Positions 38,700 to 49,436 are shown, counted from the first letter of the stretch. The stretch: 64,000 bases of DNA from an uncultured Bacteroides sp. (GCA_900544675.1 UQVZ01000015.1:4433-68432), one strand, 5' to 3'. Notes: generated from the letters alone by a model not told the origin. Program-made: numbers and translations.

Positions 38700-39551
38700 A
38701 TGAATCTCATTCTAATTGCGGTAATCTCATTGGGCGCCATCGGATTGGTTTCTGCCATCGTCCTGTATGTGGCTTCGAAGAAGTTTGCCGTGTATGAAGA
38801 TCCGCGCATTGCCCAGGTGGCAGAAGCGTTGCCCCAAGCCAATTGCGGCGGATGTGGATTCCCGGGATGCTCGGGCTTTGCCTCCGCATGCGTGAAGGCA
38901 GGCTCGCTCGACGGAAAGCTCTGCCCCGTAGGCGGACAACCGACGATGGAGAAAATAGCTGCTATCCTGGGACTGGAAGCCACGGCATCCGAGCCGAAAG
39001 TGGCGGTAGTGAGATGTAACGGCACGTGTGCCAACCGTCCGAAGCTGACCCAATACGACGGAGTACGCTCGTGCACAGTAGCAAACACCGCAGGCGGAGG
39101 AGAAACGGGATGTTTCTTCGGGTGCCTGGGATATGGCGATTGCGTAAGCGCATGCCAGTTTGACGCCATCCGGGTGAACCCCGAAACAGGGATTCCCGAA
39201 GTGGATGAAGCGAAATGTACGGCGTGTGGAGCCTGTGCCAAGGCTTGTCCGCGGAACATCATCGAAATCCGCCCGAAGGGCAAGAACAACCGCCGTGTGT
39301 ACGTGCAATGCGTCAACAAAGACAAGGGAGCCCTTGCCCGGAAAGCCTGCTCGGCGGCATGCATCGGGTGCGGAAAATGCGTGAAGGTATGTCCCTTCGA
39401 AGCCATCACGCTCGAAAACAACCTCGCCTACATCGACCCTGCCAAGTGCAAGGCGTGCCGCAAGTGCGAGCTGGAATGTCCGCAAGGGGCCATCACCGCG
39501 GTCAATTTCCCTCCCCGCAAGCAAAAAGAAACGCCGCAAGGCGAAGCTTAA
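38700..39551 (+). CDS. rnfB: Rnf electron-transport complex subunit B (polyferredoxin)
   Basis: N-terminal TM helix and several 4Fe-4S motifs (CGGCGFPGCSGFASAC, CTACGACAKACP, CIGCGKCVKVCP...). The ORF-track start at 38409 is an upstream extension, so I used the ATG at 38700 (MNLILIAVISLG). Confidence 0.85.
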   Translation: MNLILIAVISLGAIGLVSAIVLYVASKKFAVYEDPRIAQVAEALPQANCGGCGFPGCSGFASACVKAGSLDGKLCPVGGQPTMEKIAAILGLEATASEPKVAVVRCNGTCANRPKLTQYDGVRSCTVANTAGGGETGCFFGCLGYGDCVSACQFDAIRVNPETGIPEVDEAKCTACGACAKACPRNIIEIRPKGKNNRRVYVQCVNKDKGALARKACSAACIGCGKCVKVCPFEAITLENNLAYIDPAKCKACRKCELECPQGAITAVNFPPRKQKETPQGEA

Positions 39552-39587
39552 CCAACCCAAAGTAGAACTCTAAAAAATATAGATAAA

Positions 39588-40925
39588 GTGAAGACATTCA
39601 GCATTGGTGGAGTACATCCAGCACCAAACAAATTGTCGGAAGGCAAAGCCATCGAGACGCTTGCGCTTCCCCGGCAAGCCATATTCCCTTTGTCGCAACA
39701 CATCGGCGCACCTGCCACCCCTATCGTCAAGAAAGGCGATACGGTGAAAGTGGGCACCAAGATTGCGGAAGCAGGCGGCTTTGTCTCTGCGCCCATATTC
39801 TCTTCCGTATCCGGAAAGGTGAACAAGATAGATACCGTAATCGACGCGAGCGGCTATCGGAAGCCCGCCATCTACATCGATGTGGAAGGCGACGAATGGG
39901 AACCTTCTATCGACCGCAGCCCTGAACCGGTCAAGGCGTGCGACCTTACCCCCGAAGAAATCGTAACCCGAATCAAGGAAGCCGGCATTGTGGGCATGGG
40001 CGGAGCCTGTTTCCCTACCCACGTCAAGCTCACTCCTCCGCCGGGATGCAAGGCAGAATGCGTCATCGTAAACGGAGTAGAGTGTGAACCTTACCTTACC
40101 GCCGACCACCGGCTAATGCTGGAGAAGTCCGACGAAATACTCATCGGCGTAAGCATCCTGATGAAAGCCGCTAAGGTGAGCCGCGCCTACATCGCCATCG
40201 AGAACAACAAACCCGACGCCATACGCCTGCTTTCCGAAAAAGCCTCAGCCTATACGGGCATCGAGGTAGTGCCCTTGAAAGTGAAATATCCGCAAGGAGG
40301 CGAAAAGCAACTGATTGACGCCGTTATCGGCCGCCAGGTGCCCGCTCCTCCTGCCCTGCCCATTCACGTAGGCGCCATCGTGCAAAACGTAGGCACGGTG
40401 TTCGCCATCTATGAGGCGGTGCAGAAGCACAAACCTCTTTTCGAGCGGGTAGTGACCGTCACGGGCAAATCTCTGAAAAACCCGTCGAACTTCCTGACCC
40501 GCATGGGCACACCGATGAGCCAACTGATAGAAGCCGCAGGCGGAATGCCCGAAGATACCGGCAAGGTCATCGGCGGAGGGCCGATGATGGGAAAGGCACT
40601 GATGAGCACCGAAGTCCCCGTATGCAAAGGAAGTTCGGGCATCCTGCTGATGAACGAACACGAAGCGAAACGCACGGCTCCCCAGCCTTGCATCCGGTGT
40701 GCGAAGTGTGTAAGCGTGTGTGCGATGGGACTGGAACCTTACCTGCTTGCCACCTGCTCGGCACACGGAGACTGGGACCGCGTGGAGCACGAAATGATTA
40801 TGTCGTGCATCGAATGCGGCTCATGCCAGTACACGTGTCCTTCACACCGCCCGATACTCGACAACATCCGTTTAGGGAAAGGCAAGGTGGGCGCCATCAT
40901 CCGGGCACGGAACGCCAAGAAATAA
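39588..40925 (+). CDS. rnfC: Rnf complex subunit C
   Basis: (M)KTFSIGGVHPAPNKL..., C-terminal ferredoxin motifs (CIRCAKCVSVCAMG, CIECGSCQYTCPS). The apparent start codon is GTG, in frame with the rnfB stop. Confidence 0.85.
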   Translation: MKTFSIGGVHPAPNKLSEGKAIETLALPRQAIFPLSQHIGAPATPIVKKGDTVKVGTKIAEAGGFVSAPIFSSVSGKVNKIDTVIDASGYRKPAIYIDVEGDEWEPSIDRSPEPVKACDLTPEEIVTRIKEAGIVGMGGACFPTHVKLTPPPGCKAECVIVNGVECEPYLTADHRLMLEKSDEILIGVSILMKAAKVSRAYIAIENNKPDAIRLLSEKASAYTGIEVVPLKVKYPQGGEKQLIDAVIGRQVPAPPALPIHVGAIVQNVGTVFAIYEAVQKHKPLFERVVTVTGKSLKNPSNFLTRMGTPMSQLIEAAGGMPEDTGKVIGGGPMMGKALMSTEVPVCKGSSGILLMNEHEAKRTAPQPCIRCAKCVSVCAMGLEPYLLATCSAHGDWDRVEHEMIMSCIECGSCQYTCPSHRPILDNIRLGKGKVGAIIRARNAKK

Positions 40926-40973
40926 GAACCATACATTAATTCATTCGTTAACCATTAATAATTGTCAATCGTT

Positions 40974-41981
40974 ATGGCAAATAAACTGATTGTATCTTTA
41001 TCGCCCCACGTGCATAGCGGAGACAGCATCCAGCGCAACATGTACGGCGTGCTGATTGCGCTAATACCCGCCCTGCTCGTATCGTTCTTTGTATTCGGAC
41101 TGGGGGCGCTCATCGTCACGCTCACCTCGGTCGCGGCGTGCCTCTTCTTCGAATGGGCTATCACAAAATACATTCTGAAACGTGAACAGAACACTATTAT
41201 GGACGGGTCGGCGGTCATCACGGGCGTATTATTAGCATTCAACCTGCCTTCCAACCTGCCCGTATGGATTATCATCATCGGCGCGCTGGTGGCTATCGGC
41301 ATCGGCAAGATGACCTTCGGCGGACTGGGCTGCAATCCTTTCAATCCCGCACTTATCGGTCGTGTGTTCCTGCTTATCTCCTTCCCCGTACAGATGACCT
41401 CGTGGCCACAGGCGGGACAATGGGGAGCTTACCTGGATGCCGAGACCGGAGCCACTCCACTGGCGTTGATGAAGCAAGCCATCAAGTCGGGAGACCCCTC
41501 TGTATTAAGCGAACTTCCCAGCAGCCTGAGCCTGCTGATAGGCATTCCGGACAGTTGCCAGATGGGAGCCGGATGCATAGGCGAAATCAGTGCCCTGGCC
41601 TTGCTCCTCGGCTTGGCATACATGCTCTGGAAGAAAATCATCACGTGGCACATCCCGGTATCCATCCTCGTCACCGTATTCGTATTTGCCGGTCTGATGC
41701 ATTGGGCTAATCCTATTTATGCCTCGCCCGTGCAACACCTCTTTACCGGAGGTCTGATGCTGGGCGCCATCTTTATGGCGACCGATTATGTCACCTCGCC
41801 GATGAGCCACAAGGGCATGCTGATATACGGTGTATGCATCGGTTTCCTCACCGTGGTCATCCGTACCTTCGGAGCATATCCTGAAGGAATGTCGTTCGCC
41901 ATCCTGATTATGAATGCGTTCACTCCTTTAATTAATACGTATTGTAAACCCAAACGCTACGGGGAGGTAGCTAAAAAATGA
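40974..41981 (+). CDS. rnfD: Rnf complex subunit D
   Basis: Polytopic membrane protein (...LIVSLSPHVHSG...) of RnfD/NqrB type. The ATG at 40974 is preferred over the TTG at 40962. Confidence 0.85.
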   Translation: MANKLIVSLSPHVHSGDSIQRNMYGVLIALIPALLVSFFVFGLGALIVTLTSVAACLFFEWAITKYILKREQNTIMDGSAVITGVLLAFNLPSNLPVWIIIIGALVAIGIGKMTFGGLGCNPFNPALIGRVFLLISFPVQMTSWPQAGQWGAYLDAETGATPLALMKQAIKSGDPSVLSELPSSLSLLIGIPDSCQMGAGCIGEISALALLLGLAYMLWKKIITWHIPVSILVTVFVFAGLMHWANPIYASPVQHLFTGGLMLGAIFMATDYVTSPMSHKGMLIYGVCIGFLTVVIRTFGAYPEGMSFAILIMNAFTPLINTYCKPKRYGEVAKK

Positions 41982-42583
41982 AAAAGCTGGAATCATCACT
42001 GAAGAATATGGTCCTGTCGCTGACAGGTTTTTCCATTGTTGCAGGCGGCTTGCTGGGCTGGGTCAATGCCGCTACGGTCGAACCTATCGCCCAAGCCAAC
42101 GCCCAAGCGTTGAGCGATGCCATCGCCGTCGTAGTTCCGGGATTCGATAACAATCCCGCCGAAGAAGCCGAGACCATCGAACTGGAAGGCACTACCTACA
42201 CCATTTATCCCGCCACAAAAGACGGAGAGCCCATCGGAGCCGCCGTAGAAGCTTCGGCAAACGGATTCGGAGGCACACTCACCGTGCTGGTAGGCTTCGA
42301 CACCGAAGGAAACATCATCGACTATTCCCTGCTCAGCCATTCGGAAACACCGGGACTCGGCTCGAAAGCCGCCGACTGGTTCAAGAAAGGAGGCAAGGGA
42401 GACATTACCGGCAAGAATCCGGGCGAAAAGCCTTTGACGGTAAGCAAGGACGGAGGCGAAATAGACGCCATCACCGCCTCTACCATCACCTCGCGCGCTT
42501 TCCTGCAGGCGGTGAACAATGCCTACTCCGCCTATATGGAGGGAGAGGTAGACGCCACCAGCGGCGCATCGCCCCAACATTAA
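41978..42583 (+). CDS. rnfG: Rnf complex subunit G
   Basis: N-terminal TM helix and an FMN-binding-domain-like region (...ETPGLGSK...ITASTITSRA). The ATGA start overlaps the rnfD stop. Confidence 0.85.
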   Translation: MKKLESSLKNMVLSLTGFSIVAGGLLGWVNAATVEPIAQANAQALSDAIAVVVPGFDNNPAEEAETIELEGTTYTIYPATKDGEPIGAAVEASANGFGGTLTVLVGFDTEGNIIDYSLLSHSETPGLGSKAADWFKKGGKGDITGKNPGEKPLTVSKDGGEIDAITASTITSRAFLQAVNNAYSAYMEGEVDATSGASPQH

Positions 42584-42596
42584 TCAAGAAAGGAGA

Positions 42597-43187
42597 ATGC
42601 TTATGAACAACTTTAAAGTACTGATAAACGGAATTGTCAAGGAGAACCCTACGTTTGTCCTCCTTTTAGGCATGTGTCCCACGCTGGGAACAACGTCTTC
42701 TGCCATCAACGGAATGGGAATGGGACTCGCCACAATGTTTGTCCTCATCTGTTCCAACTTCGCCATCTCTGCCATCAAGAACCTGGTGCCAGACATGGTG
42801 CGGATTCCTATCTTCGTCGTAGTCATCGCCTCGTTCGTCACCGTCTTGCAAATGTTGATGCAGGCCTATGTACCGGGGCTTTATGCCACATTGGGTCTGT
42901 TCATCCCCCTTATCGTGGTGAACTGCATCCTGTTGGGACGTGCCGAAGCTTTTGCCTGCAAGAATTCTCCCGTAGCTTCCCTGTTCGACGGACTGGGCAT
43001 CGGGCTGGGCTTCACCATCGCCCTTACCTTGCTGGGCAGTGTACGAGAGTTGCTGGGAACAGGCAAGCTGTTCGGCATCACCATCGTACCCGAACAATAC
43101 GGAATGCTGGTCTTTGTGCTGGCTCCGGGAGCTTTCATCGCCCTGGGATACCTCATCGCCATTGTCAACCGATTAAAAAAGAATTAA
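42597..43187 (+). CDS. rnfE: Rnf complex subunit E
   Basis: RnfE/NqrD-type membrane protein (MLMNNFKVLINGIVKENPTFVLLLGMCPTLG). Confidence 0.85.
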   Translation: MLMNNFKVLINGIVKENPTFVLLLGMCPTLGTTSSAINGMGMGLATMFVLICSNFAISAIKNLVPDMVRIPIFVVVIASFVTVLQMLMQAYVPGLYATLGLFIPLIVVNCILLGRAEAFACKNSPVASLFDGLGIGLGFTIALTLLGSVRELLGTGKLFGITIVPEQYGMLVFVLAPGAFIALGYLIAIVNRLKKN

Positions 43188-43198
43188 ACTGAATCATT

Positions 43199-43798
43199 AT
43201 GGAATATATCTTGATATTCATCACCGCCATCTTTGTGAACAACATCGTGTTGTCGCAATTCCTCGGCATCTGTCCTTTCCTGGGCGTATCGAAAAAAGTG
43301 GAGACCGCCATGGGCATGGGAGCGGCCGTAGCCTTCGTGCTGACGCTTTCCACCATCGTCACTTACGTTATCCAGAAGTTCGTGCTCGACCCCTTCGGCC
43401 TTGCCTACTTGCAAACCATCGCTTTCATTCTCGTCATCGCCGCACTGGTACAGATGGTCGAAATCATCCTGAAGAAGGTGTCTCCCGCGCTTTATCAGGC
43501 ACTGGGCGTATTCCTTCCGTTGATTACCACCAACTGCTGCATCCTGGGAGTAGCCATTCTGGTCATCCAGAAAGATTTCGATTTGCTTACAGGAGTCATC
43601 TATGCCTTCTCTACTGCCCTGGGCTTTGCCCTTGCCTTGATTATCTTTGCCGGCATCCGCGAACAGCTCAGCCTGGTCAACATCCCCAAGGGAATGCAAG
43701 GGATGTCCATCGCCCTAGTCACCGCCGGACTGCTGGCCATGGCATTCATGGGCTTCTCGGGAGTAGACAAGGGACTTGCCGCACTGATGGGACTCTAA
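43199..43798 (+). CDS. rnfA: Rnf complex subunit A
   Basis: RnfA/NqrE-type membrane protein (MEYILIFITAIFVNNIVLSQFLGICPFLG). Confidence 0.85.
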   Translation: MEYILIFITAIFVNNIVLSQFLGICPFLGVSKKVETAMGMGAAVAFVLTLSTIVTYVIQKFVLDPFGLAYLQTIAFILVIAALVQMVEIILKKVSPALYQALGVFLPLITTNCCILGVAILVIQKDFDLLTGVIYAFSTALGFALALIIFAGIREQLSLVNIPKGMQGMSIALVTAGLLAMAFMGFSGVDKGLAALMGL

Positions 43799-43822
43799 GA
43801 AGCAAGTTTTTATAGCACTAAA

Positions 43823-43856
43823 AAAGCTGCCTCTCCACCACGGAGAAGCAGCTTTA
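43823..43856. terminator. Bidirectional terminator hairpin between rnfA and fba
   Basis: agctgcctctcc-acca-c-ggagaagcagct stem, flanked by aaaaa on one side and tttaca on the other. Confidence 0.55.
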
Positions 43857-43904
43857 CATTTATAGTTATAGGTGTATAAAGTTTCCTTTTATCTCATCAA
43901 ACGA

Positions 43905-44912
43905 TTATTGTTGAGCCAACTTGCCGTCTGAACCCAATACGTTGATGATTTTGTGCTTGTACATCTTTTCCATTTCGTCGCGAGCCGGACCCAGGTATTT
44001 ACGCGGGTCGAATTCTGCCGGTTTTTCAGCGAATACCTTACGAACAGCAGCAGTCATAGCCAAACGAGAGTCTGAGTCGATGTTAATCTTGCAAACTGCT
44101 GATTTAGCAGCCTTACGCAATTCTTCTTCGGGGATACCGATAGCAGCTTCCAACTTGCCGCCATACTGGTTGATCATGTCTACATATTCCTGAGGAACTG
44201 AAGATGATCCGTGCAATACGATGGGGAATCCCGGGAGTTTTTCCATTACAGCGTCCAATACGTCGAATGCCAAAGGAGGAGGAACCAGACGACCAGTCTT
44301 CGGGTCTACGTGGCATTGTTCGGGTTTGAACTTGTAAGCACCGTGAGAAGTACCGATTGAGATAGCCAGCGAGTCGCAACCTGTACGGGTAGCGAAGTCG
44401 ATAACTTCTTCAGGGTTGGTATAAGTGTGATGTTCAGCAGAAACTTCATCTTCTACACCAGCCAATACACCCAGTTCGCCTTCTACAGTTACATCATATT
44501 GGTGAGCATATTCAACAACTTTCTTAGTCAAAGCAACGTTTTCTTCGTAAGGCAGGTGAGAACCATCGATCATTACTGAAGAGAAACCGAGGTCTACGCA
44601 AGACTTGCAGAGTTCGAAAGAATCTCCGTGGTCGAGGTGAAGAACGATTTCAGGATGTTCGCAACCCAATTCTTTAGCGTATGCTACAGCACCTTCTGCC
44701 ATGTAACGCAGCAAAGTCTGGTTTGCATAGTTACGCGCACCTTTTGAAACCTGCAAGATAACCGGAGATTTAGTTTCTACAGCAGCTTTGATGATAGCCT
44801 GCAACTGCTCCATATTATTGAAGTTGAAAGCCGGGATAGCGTATCCACCTTTAATTGCTCTGGCAAACATGTCTTTGGTGTTCACCAAGCCTAAGTCTTT
44901 GTAATTAACCAT
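43905..44912 (-). CDS. fba: Class II fructose-1,6-bisphosphate aldolase
   Basis: MVNYKDLGLVNTKDMF...GYAIPAFNFNN..., and the HLDHG and HGSSSVP motifs of the class II FBA family. Confidence 0.9.
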   Translation of the reverse strand: MVNYKDLGLVNTKDMFARAIKGGYAIPAFNFNNMEQLQAIIKAAVETKSPVILQVSKGARNYANQTLLRYMAEGAVAYAKELGCEHPEIVLHLDHGDSFELCKSCVDLGFSSVMIDGSHLPYEENVALTKKVVEYAHQYDVTVEGELGVLAGVEDEVSAEHHTYTNPEEVIDFATRTGCDSLAISIGTSHGAYKFKPEQCHVDPKTGRLVPPPLAFDVLDAVMEKLPGFPIVLHGSSSVPQEYVDMINQYGGKLEAAIGIPEEELRKAAKSAVCKINIDSDSRLAMTAAVRKVFAEKPAEFDPRKYLGPARDEMEKMYKHKIINVLGSDGKLAQQ

Positions 44913-45372
44913 TGTTGTACGTTTTATAATTGTTAGTGAATTAATTCCACTGCAAATGTAAAAATAAAAGCGACAACATCACACATTCTCATCCAAAAAA
45001 AGCAAGCCGAATTAAGGTGTTTTATTAAAATTCACACCTTTTTTTTAAGAACTCCCAAGGATGCAAAGTAAAGGTTGCAAAACAATTCCCTGCCCGCAAG
45101 GGCTCAAAAACAAGAAACCGCCCATTGCCTTACTATATTATATAAAATAGGTATGTCCGTACACCGCCAGAACAAGGACTGTCCAAACGAAGATATACTT
45201 TACCAGCTGTTTCAATATAGATGAAACACGCAACGGATATAACTGCATCTGCCCATGAAGTATATATTCATTTCAAAGCAATGTATATCCCCTTTGACCT
45301 GCAACCGGCTGGCAAATTGCAGATAGGCATAAAAAATAATCCTAAAACGTTTTCTATTTCAAGGAAAAGCCG

Positions 45373-45380
45373 TATCTTTG
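45373..45380 (+). promoter_or_regulatory. -7 box TAtcTTTG for rpmE (about 110-nt leader)
   Basis: tatctttg sits 112 nt upstream of the ATG at 45492. Confidence 0.4.
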
Positions 45381-45491
45381 CACCCCGAAACGAACCATTA
45401 CACACGCAAAAGATACCCGAGAGGGTGTCTGGAGAGTTACAGAGTTACCAGGTATTATTTGCAAACAATAACAATAAAAGTATATACTGAA

Positions 45492-45743
45492 ATGAAAAAA
45501 GGCATTCATCCTGAAAACTACCGTCCGGTAGTATTTAAAGACATGTCAAACGGTGACATGTTCTTGTCTCGTTCAACTTGTGCAACCAAGGACACTATCG
45601 AATTCGAAGGTGAAACTTATCCGTTGGTAAAGTTGGAAATCTCCAGCTCTTCTCACCCGTTCTATACCGGTAAATCAAAACTGGTTGATACAGCAGGACG
45701 TGTGGATAAGTTCATGAACCGTTACAAAGGCATCAAGAAGTAA
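45492..45743 (+). CDS. rpmE: 50S ribosomal protein L31 type B
   Basis: [61 protein letters not shown]... It lacks the Cys4 zinc ribbon, so it is type B. Confidence 0.85.
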   Translation: MKKGIHPENYRPVVFKDMSNGDMFLSRSTCATKDTIEFEGETYPLVKLEISSSSHPFYTGKSKLVDTAGRVDKFMNRYKGIKK

Positions 45744-45762
45744 GATTCACTTTTCACAACAT

Positions 45763-45807
45763 AAGACCGGGCATTTCCTCACACAGGAAGTGCCCGGTCT
45801 TGTTTTT
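45763..45807 (+). terminator. Rho-independent terminator after rpmE
   Basis: aagaccgggca...tgcccggtctt stem followed by gttttt. Confidence 0.7.
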
Positions 45808-45819
45808 CAGCCTGACTTG

Positions 45820-47577
45820 TCAGAGTTTCCACCCTTCCGTTTCCATCTGTACAGTCCAAAGACGGTGATACAAGCCGTGTAAAGCCAACAGTTCGTCGTG
45901 AGTGCCCTCTTCGACCACTTCCCCGTGATTGAGCACCACAATGTGATCAGCATTGCAAATCGTTTTCAACCGATGGGCAATGACAATGACCGTGCGCCCA
46001 CTGATCAACGAATCGATGGCTTTCTGCACCTCCACTTCATTTTCGGGGTCAAGCGATGCGGTCGCCTCATCCAATAAAATGATAGGAGCGTCTTTCAAGA
46101 TAGCACGCGCTATGGAGATACGCTGTTTTTCACCGCCCGACAACGTACAACCGCCTTCGCCCACCGGTGTGTCATAGCCTTGCGGAAGCCGCATAATGAA
46201 ATCATGGCAACAGGCGCGACGGGCAGCTTCTTCTATCTCGGCATCGGTGGCATCGCTGCGTCCGAAGCGGATGTTGTTGCGTACGGTATCCTGAAACAGA
46301 TAAACATCCTGAAAGACCATGGATATGCGCCGCATCAGACTTTCCGGCTCTATCTCGTTCAGCGGAATGCCGTCGAGGCAAATACGCCCGTGCTGCGGGT
46401 CGTAAAAACGGGCGCAGAGCTTCATCAGCGTACTCTTACCGCTCCCCGACGGACCTACAAGCGCCGTCAGTGAATTTTTGTGCAAGGTGAGAGAAACGTC
46501 ATGCAATACCTCCTTATCTTGATAGGCAAAAGAGACATGCTCTAAGGTCAAGTCACCGTCGGCGGGCGCTTCCCGATTGCCTTTCATTTCCGGTTCGTTC
46601 ATCAAAGACAGAATACGCCCTCCGGCAATGGAGAAATAGCGGAACTCGGCAAAGTTGGTGAGCGCGGAAGTCAAAGGGTCGAATACACGGGAACCAACCA
46701 CCAAAAACAGGACGAATGTCAGCAACGAAAGTTCGCCTCCCAGCAACAGATATGTACCGCAAAGCACCATCAGTGTAAGACCGGCACGTACCAGCGTAAT
46801 GGACAATAAGACAAAAGGTCCCAACAAAGCCTCTTGCCGGATACAGGCACGGCGCAGCTCGGCAAAAGCATCCCGCAGACGGACAAATCGGTCGCCCAGC
46901 AAGTTGTAAGCCTTCATTACGCGAATGCCCTGCAAATATTCTTCCAGCCGGTTGCCCGCATTAATCTTGGCGGCAATCTGACGCCCGCTCAGCTTTTGCT
47001 GCACACCGGTACTGACCCACAGCACCAACAAGGCAAGAGGAACGGAAACAAACATGGCTACCGCCATCCGCCAGTCTATCCATACTAAAGAAAGAAAAGC
47101 CAGCAACGGCATGACCAGCGCGCCCATCAGCTGAGGCAGGTGATGCGATATGCCTGTCTCGGCCATGGTAAAGTCGGTGATAAGCATAGACGAAAGGTCG
47201 CCGGGGTCGCGTCGGGACAAAAATCCCAACGACAGCTTGCGCAAATGTTCGGCCAGAGAAATACGTCCCGACGCGCTCATTTCGTAAGCACCCCGGAAGT
47301 TGGCGCGATAAGAAGCGCGTTCGGCCAAAGCCATAAGCGCCATATATCCTGTCAATATGCCGAAAAGGCACCATAATTTAGGTGTATCCAGCGGTGTCCC
47401 GCTACCGTCGAAAGCACTGAAGAGGATACGTATAGCCTCGATGGAAAGGCAGAAAGGAACGATGTTCACCAAATTGGCCAACATCGTATAGCCAACGGGC
47501 TTGTTCAGTCGTTCCGTATGGCCGATGGTTATGTTTCGGATTGCGTTCATAAGTTTATAGTTCTTTATAATTATCAC
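45820..47577 (-). CDS. ABC exporter, fused permease/ATPase (heterodimer partner 2)
   Basis: Six-TM N-domain; Walker A GPSGSGKST, signature LSGGEKQR, Walker B ILLDEATASLD. Confidence 0.85.
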   Translation of the reverse strand: MIIIKNYKLMNAIRNITIGHTERLNKPVGYTMLANLVNIVPFCLSIEAIRILFSAFDGSGTPLDTPKLWCLFGILTGYMALMALAERASYRANFRGAYEMSASGRISLAEHLRKLSLGFLSRRDPGDLSSMLITDFTMAETGISHHLPQLMGALVMPLLAFLSLVWIDWRMAVAMFVSVPLALLVLWVSTGVQQKLSGRQIAAKINAGNRLEEYLQGIRVMKAYNLLGDRFVRLRDAFAELRRACIRQEALLGPFVLLSITLVRAGLTLMVLCGTYLLLGGELSLLTFVLFLVVGSRVFDPLTSALTNFAEFRYFSIAGGRILSLMNEPEMKGNREAPADGDLTLEHVSFAYQDKEVLHDVSLTLHKNSLTALVGPSGSGKSTLMKLCARFYDPQHGRICLDGIPLNEIEPESLMRRISMVFQDVYLFQDTVRNNIRFGRSDATDAEIEEAARRACCHDFIMRLPQGYDTPVGEGGCTLSGGEKQRISIARAILKDAPIILLDEATASLDPENEVEVQKAIDSLISGRTVIVIAHRLKTICNADHIVVLNHGEVVEEGTHDELLALHGLYHRLWTVQMETEGWKL

Positions 47578-47582
47578 TCCTG

Positions 47583-49436
47583 TTATTGTTTGTTCTTGTC
47601 AAATTGCCAGTGGAATGCATGGGTATACGCGTCCCACATGTTTTTGTAGACACCCTCTGTAACGGACAGAACGGCGTGTTGTCCGGTCTGCACGATTCTT
47701 CCTTCTTTCAGCACGACAATCTGGTCTGCCGACACGATGGAAGAAAGGCGATGTGCAATGACAATGACCGTTTTATTCCGAATCAAGGACTGCAAAGCCT
47801 GCTGCATCTTGTGCTCGTTCTCCGCATCGGCAAAGGCGGTGGCCTCATCCAATACTAAAATGGGAGCATTCTTCAGGATAGCCCGTGCCACACAAACACG
47901 CTGTGCCTCGCCGCCGGAAAGATAAACTCCTCGGTCACCTATCTTCGTGTCATACCCTTGCGGAAGTCGTTCGATGAAATCATGGCACTGAGCCGCACGG
48001 GCTGCCGCCACTACCTGCTCACGAGTGGCTTGAGGCGAACCGACCGCAATGTTCTCATACAATGTATCGTAGAACAGAAACGTGTCCTGAAAGACAAAAG
48101 ACACAAGGTCCATCAACTGTTCCGTGCCAATGGAGCGTATATCGATGCCGCCGATACGAATCTCGCCTTGTGTCACATCCCAAAAACGGGGAATCAGATT
48201 GGCGACCGTACTCTTGCCCGAGCCCGAAGGACCGACTATGGCCGTTATCTTTCCTTGCGGAGCCGTAAAACTGACGTTCCGCAAAGCCTCAGTACGCGTC
48301 CCTTGTTCGGTATTCTCGTAAGCGAAGCTGACGTTACGGAACGCTACGTCATAGTTCAAGGGGATTTGCGGATGTGCAGGTTCGGGCACCGGCGTCCGCT
48401 CCAGAATGTAGTCGATACGTGTCACACCTTCATCTATCTCACGCGTGCCGCCGCCAAGAAACATCAGCTTGTACACCGGTGAAGCGACTCCCGACCCCAT
48501 GACTATGAAAAACAGCCACACGACAGCCGCAGCCAGACTTTGTCCGCTTCCTTCCATCAACAGGATGCCTACAGGCAGAAGAAAAGTCACAAGCGAATTG
48601 AGCAGCACCGTAAAGGCAATCATCCCGTTCTGATAGGTATCGCAACATTTCAAGGCAAAAGTCTTATAAGCCTCTATCTCGGCATGAAAGCGGCGGAACG
48701 AAAGAACACTCTGCCCGAAGATTTTCACTACAGGCATTCCGCGCACGTATTGCACCGCCGAAGCACTCATCCGCTCCTGGGCGTCATAATAAATATGCAT
48801 GAACTCACGCGACTTCTTTCCCATGAAATTAGAAAACTGTAAAAACAGACTAACGATGATGACAATCAGGCAAACCAAAGCCAAACCGACGTCTAAAGTA
48901 AAGAAAATGGCAAACATCACCACTACTGTAGCCGCCACATTCACCATGTCGGGAATGGTGTGAGCGATGAACGTCTCTATTTTCTCGATATTCTGTTCCA
49001 TCGTCTTCTTTATGGCACCGGTGGACGTATTCGTCAAATAGCCCAACGGCAAACGACCGATGTGTTCCGACAAACGCACGCGCAATCCGTAAAGAATACG
49101 GAAAGCCGCCACATGCGATGCCATCAGTGCAGCGTAGAGTAATATCAGTCCTGCCACCAGACCTCCGAAAGCCGTCCATCCCCAATGAATCATTCCGGCT
49201 CCGTCAACCGCCGAGACATCGCCTCCATGCGTCATCAGTTCGCTCAATATCTCATAAACGGACCAATAAGGTATCAGCATACACACGGCACTTCCAACCG
49301 ACAACAGGCTTGCCAATATCAGCAGTCCTCGTCTCTGTCCCGCTATTTCCAGCAAACGGGACAATCCTTGTTTTTTCTTTGTTGTTTCCATACACTCTAT
49401 ATCTATTTTATCTGATTCTTGATTCGTTATCGACAT
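47583..49436 (-). CDS. ABC exporter, fused permease/ATPase (heterodimer partner 1)
   Basis: TM domain; GPSGSGKST, LSGGEAQR, LVLDEATAFAD. Confidence 0.85.
   Translation of the reverse strand: MSITNQESDKIDIECMETTKKKQGLSRLLEIAGQRRGLLILASLLSVGSAVCMLIPYWSVYEILSELMTHGGDVSAVDGAGMIHWGWTAFGGLVAGLILLYAALMASHVAAFRILYGLRVRLSEHIGRLPLGYLTNTSTGAIKKTMEQNIEKIETFIAHTIPDMVNVAATVVVMFAIFFTLDVGLALVCLIVIIVSLFLQFSNFMGKKSREFMHIYYDAQERMSASAVQYVRGMPVVKIFGQSVLSFRRFHAEIEAYKTFALKCCDTYQNGMIAFTVLLNSLVTFLLPVGILLMEGSGQSLAAAVVWLFFIVMGSGVASPVYKLMFLGGGTREIDEGVTRIDYILERTPVPEPAHPQIPLNYDVAFRNVSFAYENTEQGTRTEALRNVSFTAPQGKITAIVGPSGSGKSTVANLIPRFWDVTQGEIRIGGIDIRSIGTEQLMDLVSFVFQDTFLFYDTLYENIAVGSPQATREQVVAAARAAQCHDFIERLPQGYDTKIGDRGVYLSGGEAQRVCVARAILKNAPILVLDEATAFADAENEHKMQQALQSLIRNKTVIVIAHRLSSIVSADQIVVLKEGRIVQTGQHAVLSVTEGVYKNMWDAYTHAFHWQFDKNKQ

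Noticed and set aside
38409-39551. ORF-track start for rnfB at 38409 (380 aa)
   Set aside because: The upstream extension runs through the 3' end of the rseC-like gene in another frame. The conserved RnfB N-terminus (MNLILIAVISLG...) begins at the ATG at 38700.
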